Below, piece by piece: positions 1 to 9,344 of a DNA stretch of 44,109 bases. The translations under genes and the position numbers were made by a program. The stretch spans positions 1 through 44,109 of the forward strand of contig JALHMU010000003.1 of assembly GCA_022843885.1 (NCBI GenBank). Direction: 5' to 3'. The stretch comes from Candidatus Peribacteraceae bacterium (GTDB lineage Bacteria; Patescibacteriota; Gracilibacteria; Peribacterales; Peribacteraceae). Positions within the stretch are counted from its first letter, which is position 1, and each line of letters begins with the position of its first letter. The notes under the pieces are model-generated. The model made no database searches. It was given only the letters and a program-made list of their open reading frames with translations, and was not told the DNA's origin.

Positions 1-1230
1 CACGAGGTTATCACCGGAACCGGACGCAAGTGTGAACAAGGTGCTCTTGTATTCCTCCAATGGAGCAGATGCCTCTTCCGTTTCACCTTCATTTAGAAGT
101 GCCAAGGCCTCGCTGAGACGCGTGTCTGCTTGCTGGATACGCTTCTCGACTTTGGCTTCCTGACCGACGGTAAACAGTACATCAACTTCCTCGGCTACAC
201 GCTTTACCGGATATAAAAGAGATGTAGGCAAAATACCTGCACTCTTCTCGCGGCGTTCACGATGTAGGGCAACGAGTCTTTCGCGATGTGCGTTGTCACG
301 ATTGGTATTCTCGGCAATCCATGAATCACGTAGATCATGTTTGGAAATTTCTCCCGGAACGTACTGTCCCGAGCTGAGTGTCAGTATTTCATTCGTGACG
401 AGGTACAATTTTTCCGGACCGTTTTGAACAAGTGCACGATGATCGAGCATCGCGATGGACACACCGTGTTGGAGATCGATACTTAGACTGCCCTCATTCA
501 ATGCGACCGTATCTGCATTTGGAAGTTCGATGATGAAGCTATCCACGGTTGGCGGCAACAAGCCGAGAACCCACGCCTTGCCTTTGATCATACTAAGCGT
601 GCTTGGGAGTGATGGCTCGGGTCGGTCTGCGAGATCATGCAAACGAATACTCGTGTGTGGTGCCAAACGAACAACAGCATCGTCATGTAAGACGAGTGTT
701 GCACCTTGCTCACCGGTCGTGATCAATGCGGCGTTACTCAGTGTGTAGGGAGCGGTAACTGGAACGACAATTCCTCCGATCGAAACATCGACCGTGCCAC
801 CTTCTGGAATGATCTCTACTTTGCTTTGCGCCTGCGTAGACGGTGCGAGCAATGCGAGTGGCATCAATCGAACGATCAAGACGAAGATGGCAAATGCAGC
901 CGTCCACTTCAGCCCTCCGCTGACAAATGTGACTCGAACTGGGGCCAAACGTCCGCTCATTGCCTGCCAGATTGCATTGCTTTGACCGTGGCTTGGGGAC
1001 AAAGAATCTTTGAACGACGGCAAGACGCCTGCTGCCGGTGAGGAGATTCTATCGAGGAGTCGTGCTTTCACTTTTTGGCCAAAAGAAGCGGTTGGATGCG
1101 TTTTGGCGACCGCAGCTTTGAGATCGTGGGAGTCGATTCGCTTCAAAACACGTGCTTTCATCCGTTCCGAAGCCGTTTGAGAGGGCTTCAGGTTCTTCGC
1201 GAGCCGTGAGAGAAGGTCATCGAGATGCAT
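1..1230 (-). CDS. Membrane-anchored FecR-like / DUF5667-like protein, putative anti-sigma factor (3' end runs off the window)
   Basis: Hand translation from ATG at 1230 (MHLDDLLSRLAKNLKPSQ...). It has one TM segment (KWTAAFAIFVLIVRLMPLALLA), a FecR-like TGEQGATLVLHDDAVVRLAPHTSIRL segment and a later AGILPTSLLYPVKRVAEEV (DUF5667-like). Lies directly downstream of the ECF sigma gene. Absent from the ORF track because it has no stop in the window. Confidence 0.7.
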   Translation of the reverse strand, partial: MHLDDLLSRLAKNLKPSQTASERMKARVLKRIDSHDLKAAVAKTHPTASFGQKVKARLLDRISSPAAGVLPSFKDSLSPSHGQSNAIWQAMSGRLAPVRVTFVSGGLKWTAAFAIFVLIVRLMPLALLAPSTQAQSKVEIIPEGGTVDVSIGGIVVPVTAPYTLSNAALITTGEQGATLVLHDDAVVRLAPHTSIRLHDLADRPEPSLPSTLSMIKGKAWVLGLLPPTVDSFIIELPNADTVALNEGSLSIDLQHGVSIAMLDHRALVQNGPEKLYLVTNEILTLSSGQYVPGEISKHDLRDSWIAENTNRDNAHRERLVALHRERREKSAGILPTSLLYPVKRVAEEVDVLFTVGQEAKVEKRIQQADTRLSEALALLNEGETEEASAPLEEYKSTLFTLASGSGDNLV

Positions 1231-1270
1231 AGAGTTTGTCAGTCGTTAAAACGCAGGATTAGGGCTTTTG

Positions 1271-1840
1271 TTACACAGAATCTTTGATTGTGGAGGGTAA
1301 ATACGATTCGAGCTTTTTGAGCGCTCGGAACTTCAAAATTCTGACCGTTCCTTCGCGGATGCCCATCGCTTTGGCAATTTCTGCATGGGTAAGGTCGCTG
1401 ACGTAACTGAGGAGCAATGTTTCACGATATCGTCGTGGTAGTTCATTCATCGCTTTTCGGACCGTCGAAATAGTCATGCCCCGTTCCGTGCGACGCTTTG
1501 GATCGCTTGATGTGTTCTCATCCTGCACATTTTCTGAGAGTTCATCGAAACCACGATGTCTACGGTACGCATCGATCACAACGTGACGCGCAATACGGAA
1601 CAACCATGCCGCAAATGGGACATTCTTTTGCGCTTTATAGGTGTGCAACTTTTCCCATGCTTTCACGAAAATATCGGCAACAAGATCTTCCGCGAGTTCT
1701 TCCGGAAAACGAAAAGCGACATAGCGATACACCGGCGTGAGATACGCATCATAGATTGCACCGAACGCTTCGGTATCGCCTTCTTGAGCTGCACGAACGA
1801 GTGTGAAGAGCTCTTCCTGAGAGAGTGGATTCTGTTGCAT
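1271..1840 (-). CDS. ECF-family RNA polymerase sigma-70 factor
   Basis: 189 aa; region 2 (AEDLVADIFVKAW, FAAWLFRIARHVVID) and region 4 (LPRRYRETLLL...HAEIAKAMGIREGTVR). Confidence 0.95.
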   Translation of the reverse strand: MQQNPLSQEELFTLVRAAQEGDTEAFGAIYDAYLTPVYRYVAFRFPEELAEDLVADIFVKAWEKLHTYKAQKNVPFAAWLFRIARHVVIDAYRRHRGFDELSENVQDENTSSDPKRRTERGMTISTVRKAMNELPRRYRETLLLSYVSDLTHAEIAKAMGIREGTVRILKFRALKKLESYLPSTIKDSV

Positions 1841-1894
1841 GCGAGCACGCAGTATAGAGGAAATACGACGATGAAAGCGAAAAGTAACGATGGA

Positions 1895-3676
1895 TTACTC
1901 CCATTCAATCGTTCCTGGTGGCTTGGTCGTCATGTCGAGGAGCACCGTATCAATACCCGGAATTGCGAGGAGTCCTTTGGTCATTGCAGCGAGTACGGAT
2001 GCGGGAATCGTGCCCATTCCTGCCGTCATTGCATCGGTAGATTCCACGGGGCGTAGCACAATCGTTTGTCCGCCCGGTGTCGATCCAGCTGGCAAGAGAA
2101 CGACAGGAAATTGCCAAATAGACTGATACAAATTCTCCGAACGCATGATGCGATCGACCAAGTTGTCTGCATCACGCAAAAGATCTGCTCGCTCACGTGT
2201 AATCGACAGTGGTGTGAATGAAAATTCAAATGGATCGGCATGCGACAGACACACGAGCACGCGATTGATATCGCGGCTTTGATTCGGAATGGATGTTGCG
2301 AGCGGGATCATCGCATCGATATCGCCTTCTTTCTCTTTCGAGAAGAGAACGAGCGCATGTCGGTACGTGCGATTGTCGCCCTGAACTCCCACCGAACGAA
2401 TCGGAAGAATGGCTGATGGATGCGAAATATCGAGCTTTGGCGTTTCAATGGTATCCGGTTTGTCAGCGCAGAGAATACGCACGCCGAGTCCCGGACCTGG
2501 GAATGGATGTCGCCACACCAAATCGTGCGGTAGTCCGAGTTCTTCACCGAGAATTCTGACTTCATCTTTGTACAATTCTTTCAGTGGTTCGATCACGAGA
2601 CCTTGATCGATCATTTTCTGAATCGCATCGACACGGTTGTGATGTGTTTTAATTTTGTCAGCGTGTTTTGTACCGCCGGTTTCGATCGTGTCTGGATAAA
2701 TTGTGCCTTGTCCGAGCATCCATTTTCCATTTTCAAGTTGCATCGATTCACTGACGCGTTTTTGTACGGCAAGAAATGTGTCACCAATGATTTGTCGCTT
2801 CTTCTCTGGCTCCGTGACACCTTTGAGATTCGACAAAAACTCTTCAGATGCATCTTCAACGTGGAGATTTTTAATGCCGAGAACATCAAAGGCCTGCTTG
2901 ATCAGCGTCACTTCGTCTTTGCGCATCAGTCCTGTATCAACGAGAAGACCCACGACGCGATCCGCACCCAACACTTGATTGAGTAATGTGAATGCGACGG
3001 TCGAATCGACGCCACCTGAGACGAGCATGAAGACATTTTTTTCACCGACTTCTTTTGTAATATCGTCACCAATTTTTTTCGCAAAACTTTCGACGGACCA
3101 AGGTGCAGCTTTGCTCACATCAACGAAACGTTTGAGCATATCGATCCCATGTTCGCTGTGCATGACTTCTGGATGAAACTGCAGTGCGAAAAATTTGCGA
3201 GTCTCATCTGCAAAGGCCGTATTCTTGCACGTATCCGATGTTGCGATGAGTTTGAAACCTTCCGGGAGTTTCACGGCTTCATCACCGTGGCTCATCCAGA
3301 CCGTGCAACTGTCGCCACAATCTTGCAGCAACGTATCGCCATCGACGATCGTAATTTTCGTGCGACCATATTCTTTCACATGTCCCGGCTTCACTTCTCC
3401 GCCGAGCGTTTGTGTCATCCAATGTAAACCGTAACAAAGTCCGAGTACGGGCTTTCCGAGTTCCAGAATTTTTTTGTCAGCCTGCGGACTACCTGCGTCA
3501 TACACACTTTGCGGTCCACCCGACAAAATGATTGCTGCGGCATCTTTCAAATCTTCCGCCGGCGTCTCGGGTGGAAGGATCTCCGAATAGGCTCCAAGCC
3601 TGCGAATCCTGTTTCCAATCAGGTGCGTGTATTGGCTCCCGAAGTCCAAAATGACGATGCTGCCTGGATGTACCAT
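1895..3676 (-). CDS. guaA: GMP synthase (glutamine-hydrolysing), long form
   Basis: LDFGSQY, GLCYG, QFHPEV (GATase); SGGVDS PP-loop; IKTHHN; HPFPGPGL; C-terminal KPPGTIEWE. Confidence 0.97.
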   Translation of the reverse strand: MVHPGSIVILDFGSQYTHLIGNRIRRLGAYSEILPPETPAEDLKDAAAIILSGGPQSVYDAGSPQADKKILELGKPVLGLCYGLHWMTQTLGGEVKPGHVKEYGRTKITIVDGDTLLQDCGDSCTVWMSHGDEAVKLPEGFKLIATSDTCKNTAFADETRKFFALQFHPEVMHSEHGIDMLKRFVDVSKAAPWSVESFAKKIGDDITKEVGEKNVFMLVSGGVDSTVAFTLLNQVLGADRVVGLLVDTGLMRKDEVTLIKQAFDVLGIKNLHVEDASEEFLSNLKGVTEPEKKRQIIGDTFLAVQKRVSESMQLENGKWMLGQGTIYPDTIETGGTKHADKIKTHHNRVDAIQKMIDQGLVIEPLKELYKDEVRILGEELGLPHDLVWRHPFPGPGLGVRILCADKPDTIETPKLDISHPSAILPIRSVGVQGDNRTYRHALVLFSKEKEGDIDAMIPLATSIPNQSRDINRVLVCLSHADPFEFSFTPLSITRERADLLRDADNLVDRIMRSENLYQSIWQFPVVLLPAGSTPGGQTIVLRPVESTDAMTAGMGTIPASVLAAMTKGLLAIPGIDTVLLDMTTKPPGTIEWE

Positions 3677-3715
3677 GTGTGGAGTGTACTAGAAAACGGC
3701 TTGTGTGTGCAGAAC

Positions 3716-3743
3716 TTGACAAATAATTATTCCAGAGTATAAA
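3716..3743 (+). promoter_or_regulatory. Sigma70-type promoter of the 3750 ORF
   Basis: TTGACA (3716-3721), 16-nt spacer, TATAAA (3738-3743), 6 nt before ATG 3750. Confidence 0.6.
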
Positions 3744-3749
3744 TATGGC

Positions 3750-4403
3750 ATGCCTCAGGAAACACGGGATCTACTTGGTTGGCATCAACGAGAAACGGAG
3801 AATATCCACATGGCGCTCGAAGGGCCCGGACTTGAATTGGATGAAAACGCAGAAAGAATTCGAGCACATCTTCAACAGCGTTTTCGTTCGTTAGTACAGG
3901 TCGTCATTGGTTCTAAGGAAAGATTTCCAAAAGAATCAGTGGGTGCATTTATCTATATGATGGTCGAACCTGCGGATGAACGAGAAATCAAACATGAGAT
4001 CTTAGAAAAGAAAGGATTACTACATCATTGGAGTCCACATCTGGCAGAAGATTTGATTCGCGAAGGCGCTGATCCGAACGAGGCCACGCATATTCAACAA
4101 GTCACGGGCGCAGCCCGAATGCCTGAAATAGCAGCTGTCACACCAGAAGAACATGTTTTCCTGAATGCGCTTACAACTGCAGAGCGAACACGACGTTATC
4201 TCGATGCTCTGTTATCAGATGCACATTTTGTACATATTCCTGCCGCACAAAAAGAAATAGAACGTGAAACAACATTGGAATTACCTGAAACAAGTGAACA
4301 TCATTCCGGTCCGCGTCAGCATCTAGAAGTGGTTCCGATTGATGAAATCTTCCCTACTGGTGTTTCTCCGACTGAGAAACCGAAGTTAGAAAAGCGGCGC
4401 TAA
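3750..4403 (+). CDS. Hypothetical protein (217 aa, acidic)
   Basis: Fills the gap between guaA and the next gene and has its own promoter; no recognisable motif; 3' end overlaps the convergent gene by 50 nt. Confidence 0.65.
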   Translation: MPQETRDLLGWHQRETENIHMALEGPGLELDENAERIRAHLQQRFRSLVQVVIGSKERFPKESVGAFIYMMVEPADEREIKHEILEKKGLLHHWSPHLAEDLIREGADPNEATHIQQVTGAARMPEIAAVTPEEHVFLNALTTAERTRRYLDALLSDAHFVHIPAAQKEIERETTLELPETSEHHSGPRQHLEVVPIDEIFPTGVSPTEKPKLEKRR

Positions 4404-5718
4404 GCAACCACATGGAATAGGTGATCGCGCCATCTTCCCATGCATGAAGGAAGAGTGCAGCGATAGACACTCCCAAGAATGCAGAGAAGAGTGCGACATT
4501 CTTTCGAAGTTTCAAAAGCATCGTCAGTGTCAGTGCGAGGAAGAAAACGAATCCGATCCAACCGAGTTCTACGCCGATTTGCAGATACCAGTTCTCCGGC
4601 AAAAAAGGGCAGGAACATGGCTCTGTAGGCTGTACCTGCGCACTATCCACGAACACGCATAACTCCGGACGATCCGTTGCCCACGAAGGATCAGCACCCG
4701 CTTCTAAGAAGACACATGTATCACTAATGCGATTGGAGGCAGGACCAGCAGTGCCGAGTCCCTGACCAAACGGATATGCAATCATTTTTTGCATCGCTTC
4801 GATCGGTCGCGTGAGATGATGACGAGTAGAAAGTGTGCGGAACAAAATATCGCGACCAACATATCCACCAAGAGACACAAGAATCAAAAGAACAATGCCG
4901 ATCGAAAGAAGACGTTTTTTGGAAAGTCTGATCTTTCGTTCTCGCACAAACAGAATCGCAACCAGCACAAAAATCACGCTCGCAGCAATCCATGCGGAAC
5001 GTGAAAATGTGAGGAAGAGCGAAAGATCGATCAGCGCGAGGAGAAGCCATAAACCGATCGACTTTGGTGTCTGTAACAGCTTCGAAAGAACGATGCTCCA
5101 TGGCAGAAGCAACCAGATGCCGAGTTGATTCGGACCACTCAATGTACTTTGCAAGCGTCGGAGTCCATTCGGCAAATATTGGAATGCTGCAATCGGACCA
5201 TCCGCAACATACAAGGAATGGAGATCGGAATATCCAAGCCACGTGAAAAATGTTTGCGGCACAAAATATGTTGTAAGTCCAAATGCAATGATAAGAATCG
5301 TCACGCTGAGGATTGCAGTAATACTTTTTCTCAGAAAATCTACAGACCAATCTGCACGACGCAGTACAAGAAACGCGAGGAGTGCTGTAAAGTCATATTT
5401 GGCTCCATACAGCGCTTGCGTGAGATCTGTACCAATGACAAATGTCACAATCACCGCAAGAACAATGAGTGCCACGATCAGCATATCGATCAGATCGAAT
5501 CTGAACGCACGTGTGAGAAGCGATCGATTGGAAAAAATTTCCAATAGTGCGATGAACACAATCAACACGAGTACGCATTCTTTCCAGAGTGCGAGTGACA
5601 CGATCGGTGCCTGATTCGGACCCGAAAGGAATCGTGTAGCAACGGTGATCAGAAATGCATGCAACGGAAGCAACGCGAGAAGCCCGATACTCAAGCCTTC
5701 GCGGATCTTTTGCAGCAT
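4354..5718 (-). CDS. O-antigen ligase-like (Wzy_C/WaaL-type) polytopic membrane protein
   Basis: Many TM helices; RLQSTLSGPNQLG, LTFSRSAW, PFGQGLG and ENWYLQIGVELGWIG segments typical of the O-antigen ligase family; 2 nt downstream of wecB. Confidence 0.85.
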   Translation of the reverse strand: MLQKIREGLSIGLLALLPLHAFLITVATRFLSGPNQAPIVSLALWKECVLVLIVFIALLEIFSNRSLLTRAFRFDLIDMLIVALIVLAVIVTFVIGTDLTQALYGAKYDFTALLAFLVLRRADWSVDFLRKSITAILSVTILIIAFGLTTYFVPQTFFTWLGYSDLHSLYVADGPIAAFQYLPNGLRRLQSTLSGPNQLGIWLLLPWSIVLSKLLQTPKSIGLWLLLALIDLSLFLTFSRSAWIAASVIFVLVAILFVRERKIRLSKKRLLSIGIVLLILVSLGGYVGRDILFRTLSTRHHLTRPIEAMQKMIAYPFGQGLGTAGPASNRISDTCVFLEAGADPSWATDRPELCVFVDSAQVQPTEPCSCPFLPENWYLQIGVELGWIGFVFFLALTLTMLLKLRKNVALFSAFLGVSIAALFLHAWEDGAITYSMWLLSAAFLTSVSQSEKHQ

Positions 5719-5720
5719 AG

Positions 5721-7061
5721 TTATGCCAAGAAACCGATACGACGTTCATCTGTGCGCGCAATGTCATCATCCAGTGCGAGCACGCGTTCAACGGCATCGA
5801 TGCACTGCTTGCTCACACTCTCGCCGTACAACTTCGGCGCTGCTTTCATCTCTGCATTATTCCATGCGAATTCAATCGCAGATTTCACGATGCTCGGATT
5901 GATCGGTGGTGCGAGAACATTGCCGCCGGACATAAGTGATTCACTGCGATCAGAACCAAAACGTAACGTGACACACGGCACACCGAGGACATTCATTTCT
6001 TCCTGCATCGAACCGGAATCCGTCGCACAGACAGCGGCTTTTGCCATGGCGGCAATCACATCGCCGTATTCAGGCCACACGGGTGAATAGATGAAATTCG
6101 GGAGTTTCGCGAGCTCTTCGACTTCTTTGCGCAAATTAAAACGATCAAACGCAGCTTCGGTTTGGAACATCGAAATCAGCAGCACATTCTTGCCGCTTTG
6201 AATCATGTCTTTCATTGCAGTGAAGATCGCTTTGAATCGAACTTCCGATAAACAGTTCTCGCGACGGTGAATACAGAAGCGAACGAAGTTACCATCTTTC
6301 AAGAGTGGATACTTTTCAAAAATTTTCGAATCCTTCGCAACTTTCAATGCAGTTTTGGTCGCGTCAGAGACAGAGTTTCCAACGACGAAAATACGATCTG
6401 TGGCATACCCTTCTGCAAGCAAGAACTCTTGATCCAGCGCGACGGGTGCCAAGTGAATGCCGCTCGCAGCCTCGCTTGCGCGTGTGTTGAACTGCTCCGG
6501 ATACGGCTCTTGGCTGCCACGCTCATAGTTCTTACGATCCATCAAAAACCCTCTCCACTTCGCCATGTCCATGGTCGTTGTCGACAATTTAAATGTCGGA
6601 TCAAATTCAAAGTACTTCGGTGTGAGCGTGCGAATACCAGCTTCGACGTGCACCGATGGGAAGCCGTGGCAGAAAGCCGCATTGCTGGCTGCCATCGCAG
6701 TGGTTGTATCACCGTGCACATACGGGATGACAATCTTCCCGAGCGACTTCATGTGTCCGATCACCTCTCCGAGTCGTGCGATAATTTGAGAGACGACTTC
6801 ATGCATCTCTCCTCGAACATTTAAGTTGAAATCCGGAACAACACCGAATTCTTTTAGCATTCCCCCGCTCAAATTTTCATCGTAATGCTGACCAGTGTGA
6901 CCCAAAATGACTTCATGTGAACGGTCCTTCAGCTCTTTGTAGAGCGGAATCTGTTTAATGATGTCAGGTTTCGTGGCAATCAGAATCAAGTGAACCTGGC
7001 GGTAAGGCCGTGATTCAATTTCTTCGTAGAAACGATCTGATGCAAAGGTGATGTCAGACAT
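5721..7061 (-). CDS. wecB: UDP-N-acetylglucosamine 2-epimerase (non-hydrolysing)
   Basis: ATKPDIIK, HTGQHYD, VHGDTTT, HVEAGIRT, HRREN and TDSGSMQEE motifs. Confidence 0.93.
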   Translation of the reverse strand: MSDITFASDRFYEEIESRPYRQVHLILIATKPDIIKQIPLYKELKDRSHEVILGHTGQHYDENLSGGMLKEFGVVPDFNLNVRGEMHEVVSQIIARLGEVIGHMKSLGKIVIPYVHGDTTTAMAASNAAFCHGFPSVHVEAGIRTLTPKYFEFDPTFKLSTTTMDMAKWRGFLMDRKNYERGSQEPYPEQFNTRASEAASGIHLAPVALDQEFLLAEGYATDRIFVVGNSVSDATKTALKVAKDSKIFEKYPLLKDGNFVRFCIHRRENCLSEVRFKAIFTAMKDMIQSGKNVLLISMFQTEAAFDRFNLRKEVEELAKLPNFIYSPVWPEYGDVIAAMAKAAVCATDSGSMQEEMNVLGVPCVTLRFGSDRSESLMSGGNVLAPPINPSIVKSAIEFAWNNAEMKAAPKLYGESVSKQCIDAVERVLALDDDIARTDERRIGFLA

Positions 7062-7099
7062 GCCAAAAGAGAGTATCCGATTTTCCCGAAAAGCGGAAT

Positions 7100-7768
7100 C
7101 TAGATACGACCGGTTTCGACCTTCTTCTCGGTCAATGATGCGCCTTGCGTGATGATGCCAGGCACTTCACGGATCTCTTTGTTCGTCATCTTGTCACCGT
7201 CAAAGGTGTAAATGTACGGCGTGCAGAGTCCGATCTCGAGTGAACCAGTTGTGTCATCGTCGAGGTTTTCCAAGTACCTCATGATCGGGCGGAGGCTGTT
7301 GCCGTGTGCCGCGATGATGACGTTCTTGCCAGCTTTAATGTGCGGCATCACGTACTGCATAAAGTATGGCGTCGTGCGACGAACACAGTCTTCGATGCTT
7401 TCACCGTTTGGTGGTCGGCCACTGAAACTTCGGCGCCACTCTTGTACTTTTTCTTTTCCGAACTTCTCTGTCGTTTCAGCTTTATTCAAACCTTGAAGAT
7501 CGCCGTAGTGACGTTCGTTCAATGCTGAATCGTATTCTTTCGGAATCTCTTTGTGACCCATCGATTTCAGGACCGTATCCAACGTGCGGTTCGCACGGAT
7601 CAAACGGGACGAAAACGCGAGGTCAAAACTCAAACCTTTGAGTGCTTCGCCGGTCTTTCCGGCATCTTTTTCACCTTGTTCGGTGAGGGGGACATCAGAC
7701 CAGCCTGTGAAGCGGTTTTCGAGGTTCCACTGGGACTGACCGTGTCGGAGAAGGACGAGAGTAGCCAT
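7100..7768 (-). CDS. gpmA: 2,3-bisphosphoglycerate-dependent phosphoglycerate mutase
   Basis: LLRHGQSQWNLENRFTGW, LNERHYGDLQG, AAHGNSLR. Start set to ATG 7768 (MATLVLLRHG), 8 nt after a TACAGT -10 box. Confidence 0.95.
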   Translation of the reverse strand: MATLVLLRHGQSQWNLENRFTGWSDVPLTEQGEKDAGKTGEALKGLSFDLAFSSRLIRANRTLDTVLKSMGHKEIPKEYDSALNERHYGDLQGLNKAETTEKFGKEKVQEWRRSFSGRPPNGESIEDCVRRTTPYFMQYVMPHIKAGKNVIIAAHGNSLRPIMRYLENLDDDTTGSLEIGLCTPYIYTFDGDKMTNKEIREVPGIITQGASLTEKKVETGRI

Positions 7769-7825
7769 AGGCGCGCACTGTAGCAGCCGCTGGCCATGAA
7801 GCCAAATTTTTGCTATAATGGTCTG

Positions 7826-8176
7826 ATGGATATCGAAAAACTCACACACAGAAACTATCGCATGAACGTGCTTGTCGCGGTCATCCTCTCAGGCGTCGTC
7901 GTGACGGCTGCATCCTTGCTCGGACGTGGTGTCCTGCAGATCAAAGGTGCACTCCTTACGGACAAGCCAACTGACCTCACCGTTGCGATCCTTTTGGAAC
8001 CATACGATCTCGTTCCACGCGATGTGTACGAACTTCCGAAGCGTGAAGATAAGAACTTCCACTATTCCGTCGAAACACAAAGTGGTGCGATCTACTTCCT
8101 CACGATTGATAAGAACGGTCCACCATGGAAACTCAAAAGTAAGCCGGAGAAGCTTCACGCGAGTGGCCGTCTTTAA
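7826..8176 (+). CDS. Hypothetical protein with N-terminal TM/signal helix
   Basis: TATAAT 6 nt before ATG 7826; hydrophobic VLVAVILSGVVVTAASLL; stop overlaps the convergent WecG-like gene stop. Confidence 0.7.
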   Translation: MDIEKLTHRNYRMNVLVAVILSGVVVTAASLLGRGVLQIKGALLTDKPTDLTVAILLEPYDLVPRDVYELPKREDKNFHYSVETQSGAIYFLTIDKNGPPWKLKSKPEKLHASGRL

Positions 8177-8889
8177 TCAAATCTGAGAACGAGATACGGA
8201 AACACAACGACTGCATTGAGAATGCGCTTGTAGCGTTTTGGTTCGCGGAACAATCGCCAAAGCCACTCGAGTCCGGCTTTACGCATCCATTCCGGTGCAC
8301 GCTTTTGTTTGCCTGCGATGAAGTCGAATGCGCCACCGACGCCCATCGCGACTTTGACGTGTGTGAGCTTAGGCAACACACGATCGATCCAGATGTCCTG
8401 CATCGGCGCACCGTACGCAACAAAGAGAATCTTCGCGCCTGATGCATTGATACGTTCGACGATCTCATCTTCTTCTCCGCGAACGGGTGTACCGGAAAAT
8501 GTACCGACAACTTTGAGATTCGGATTCTTCTCACGCAAGCGATGCTTCGCAGTATCAGCAACGCCTGGTGCAGCTCCTAAGAAAAACATCGATGCCTCGG
8601 ATTGTTTCGACAACGCGATAAGCATGTCCGTGCCCGTCACACGTTCGCGCAGCGGTTGTTTTTTTCTACGTGCGGCCCAGAGAAGTCCCGTGCCATCCGG
8701 AAGATTGAGTGCTGTTTTATTGAGCAACGCATGAAAAGAGGAATCGCGGTGCGCCGCGACAAGCATCTCAGGATTCGGCGTCATGATGTGATGTCGTGTC
8801 TCACCTCGTGCAAGTGTGAGGATCTGAGAAAAGGCTTCCTCTTGCGTCAAATCGTCGATTGGAACGCCAAGGATGGGAACGCGTTTCAT
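8173..8889 (-). CDS. WecB/TagA/CpsF (WecG-like, GT26) glycosyltransferase
   Basis: TPNPEM, LPDGTG, RVTGTDM, VAYGAPMQD, GVGGAFDF and GLEWLWRL motifs. Confidence 0.93.
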   Translation of the reverse strand: MKRVPILGVPIDDLTQEEAFSQILTLARGETRHHIMTPNPEMLVAAHRDSSFHALLNKTALNLPDGTGLLWAARRKKQPLRERVTGTDMLIALSKQSEASMFFLGAAPGVADTAKHRLREKNPNLKVVGTFSGTPVRGEEDEIVERINASGAKILFVAYGAPMQDIWIDRVLPKLTHVKVAMGVGGAFDFIAGKQKRAPEWMRKAGLEWLWRLFREPKRYKRILNAVVVFPYLVLRFD

Positions 8890-8936
8890 CAAAGACACTC
8901 TACAGCATGTTCAGTGATTTCGAGGAAAAATGAAGG

Positions 8937-9314
8937 TTGCGCGACGGGAAAAAAACGCTCACAATTCTTTTCGTGAATCAAAAGAGCGCACTCACAACCG
9001 GCATCGTTCTCGCATTTCTTTTTGGAGTCGGTTGTACGTTCCTGTTTTTCCAATCAGTTTTCGTCAATTCATTGCAAGGTTCGATCGTCGAAACACAAAC
9101 GAGTTCGGAGCAAACGCAAATCGTCACGGGCTGCACCGTTCATGAAGAATGCCCAATCGGATCGCTTTGTAAAACTGGTGAGTGTGTGAAAGCTGAGAAG
9201 AGTTATTGCAGCCAACCATTCATGCTCGCAGAATCCGCCGAAGGTCGTTTCATCCGTTACACAGAGTGCTCAAATCGCTGTGTCGTGAGCGGTGAAACCG
9301 CTTTCTGCCAATAA
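8937..9314 (+). CDS. Small membrane-anchored cysteine-rich protein (start uncertain; GTG 8973 possible)
   Basis: N-terminal TM helix followed by 8 Cys, including a Cx5Cx5Cx4C module (CTVHEECPIGSLCKTGEC). Confidence 0.7.
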   Translation: MRDGKKTLTILFVNQKSALTTGIVLAFLFGVGCTFLFFQSVFVNSLQGSIVETQTSSEQTQIVTGCTVHEECPIGSLCKTGECVKAEKSYCSQPFMLAESAEGRFIRYTECSNRCVVSGETAFCQ

Positions 9315-9344
9315 GAGATCTCTCTTCTTGTATACTAGGACGCG

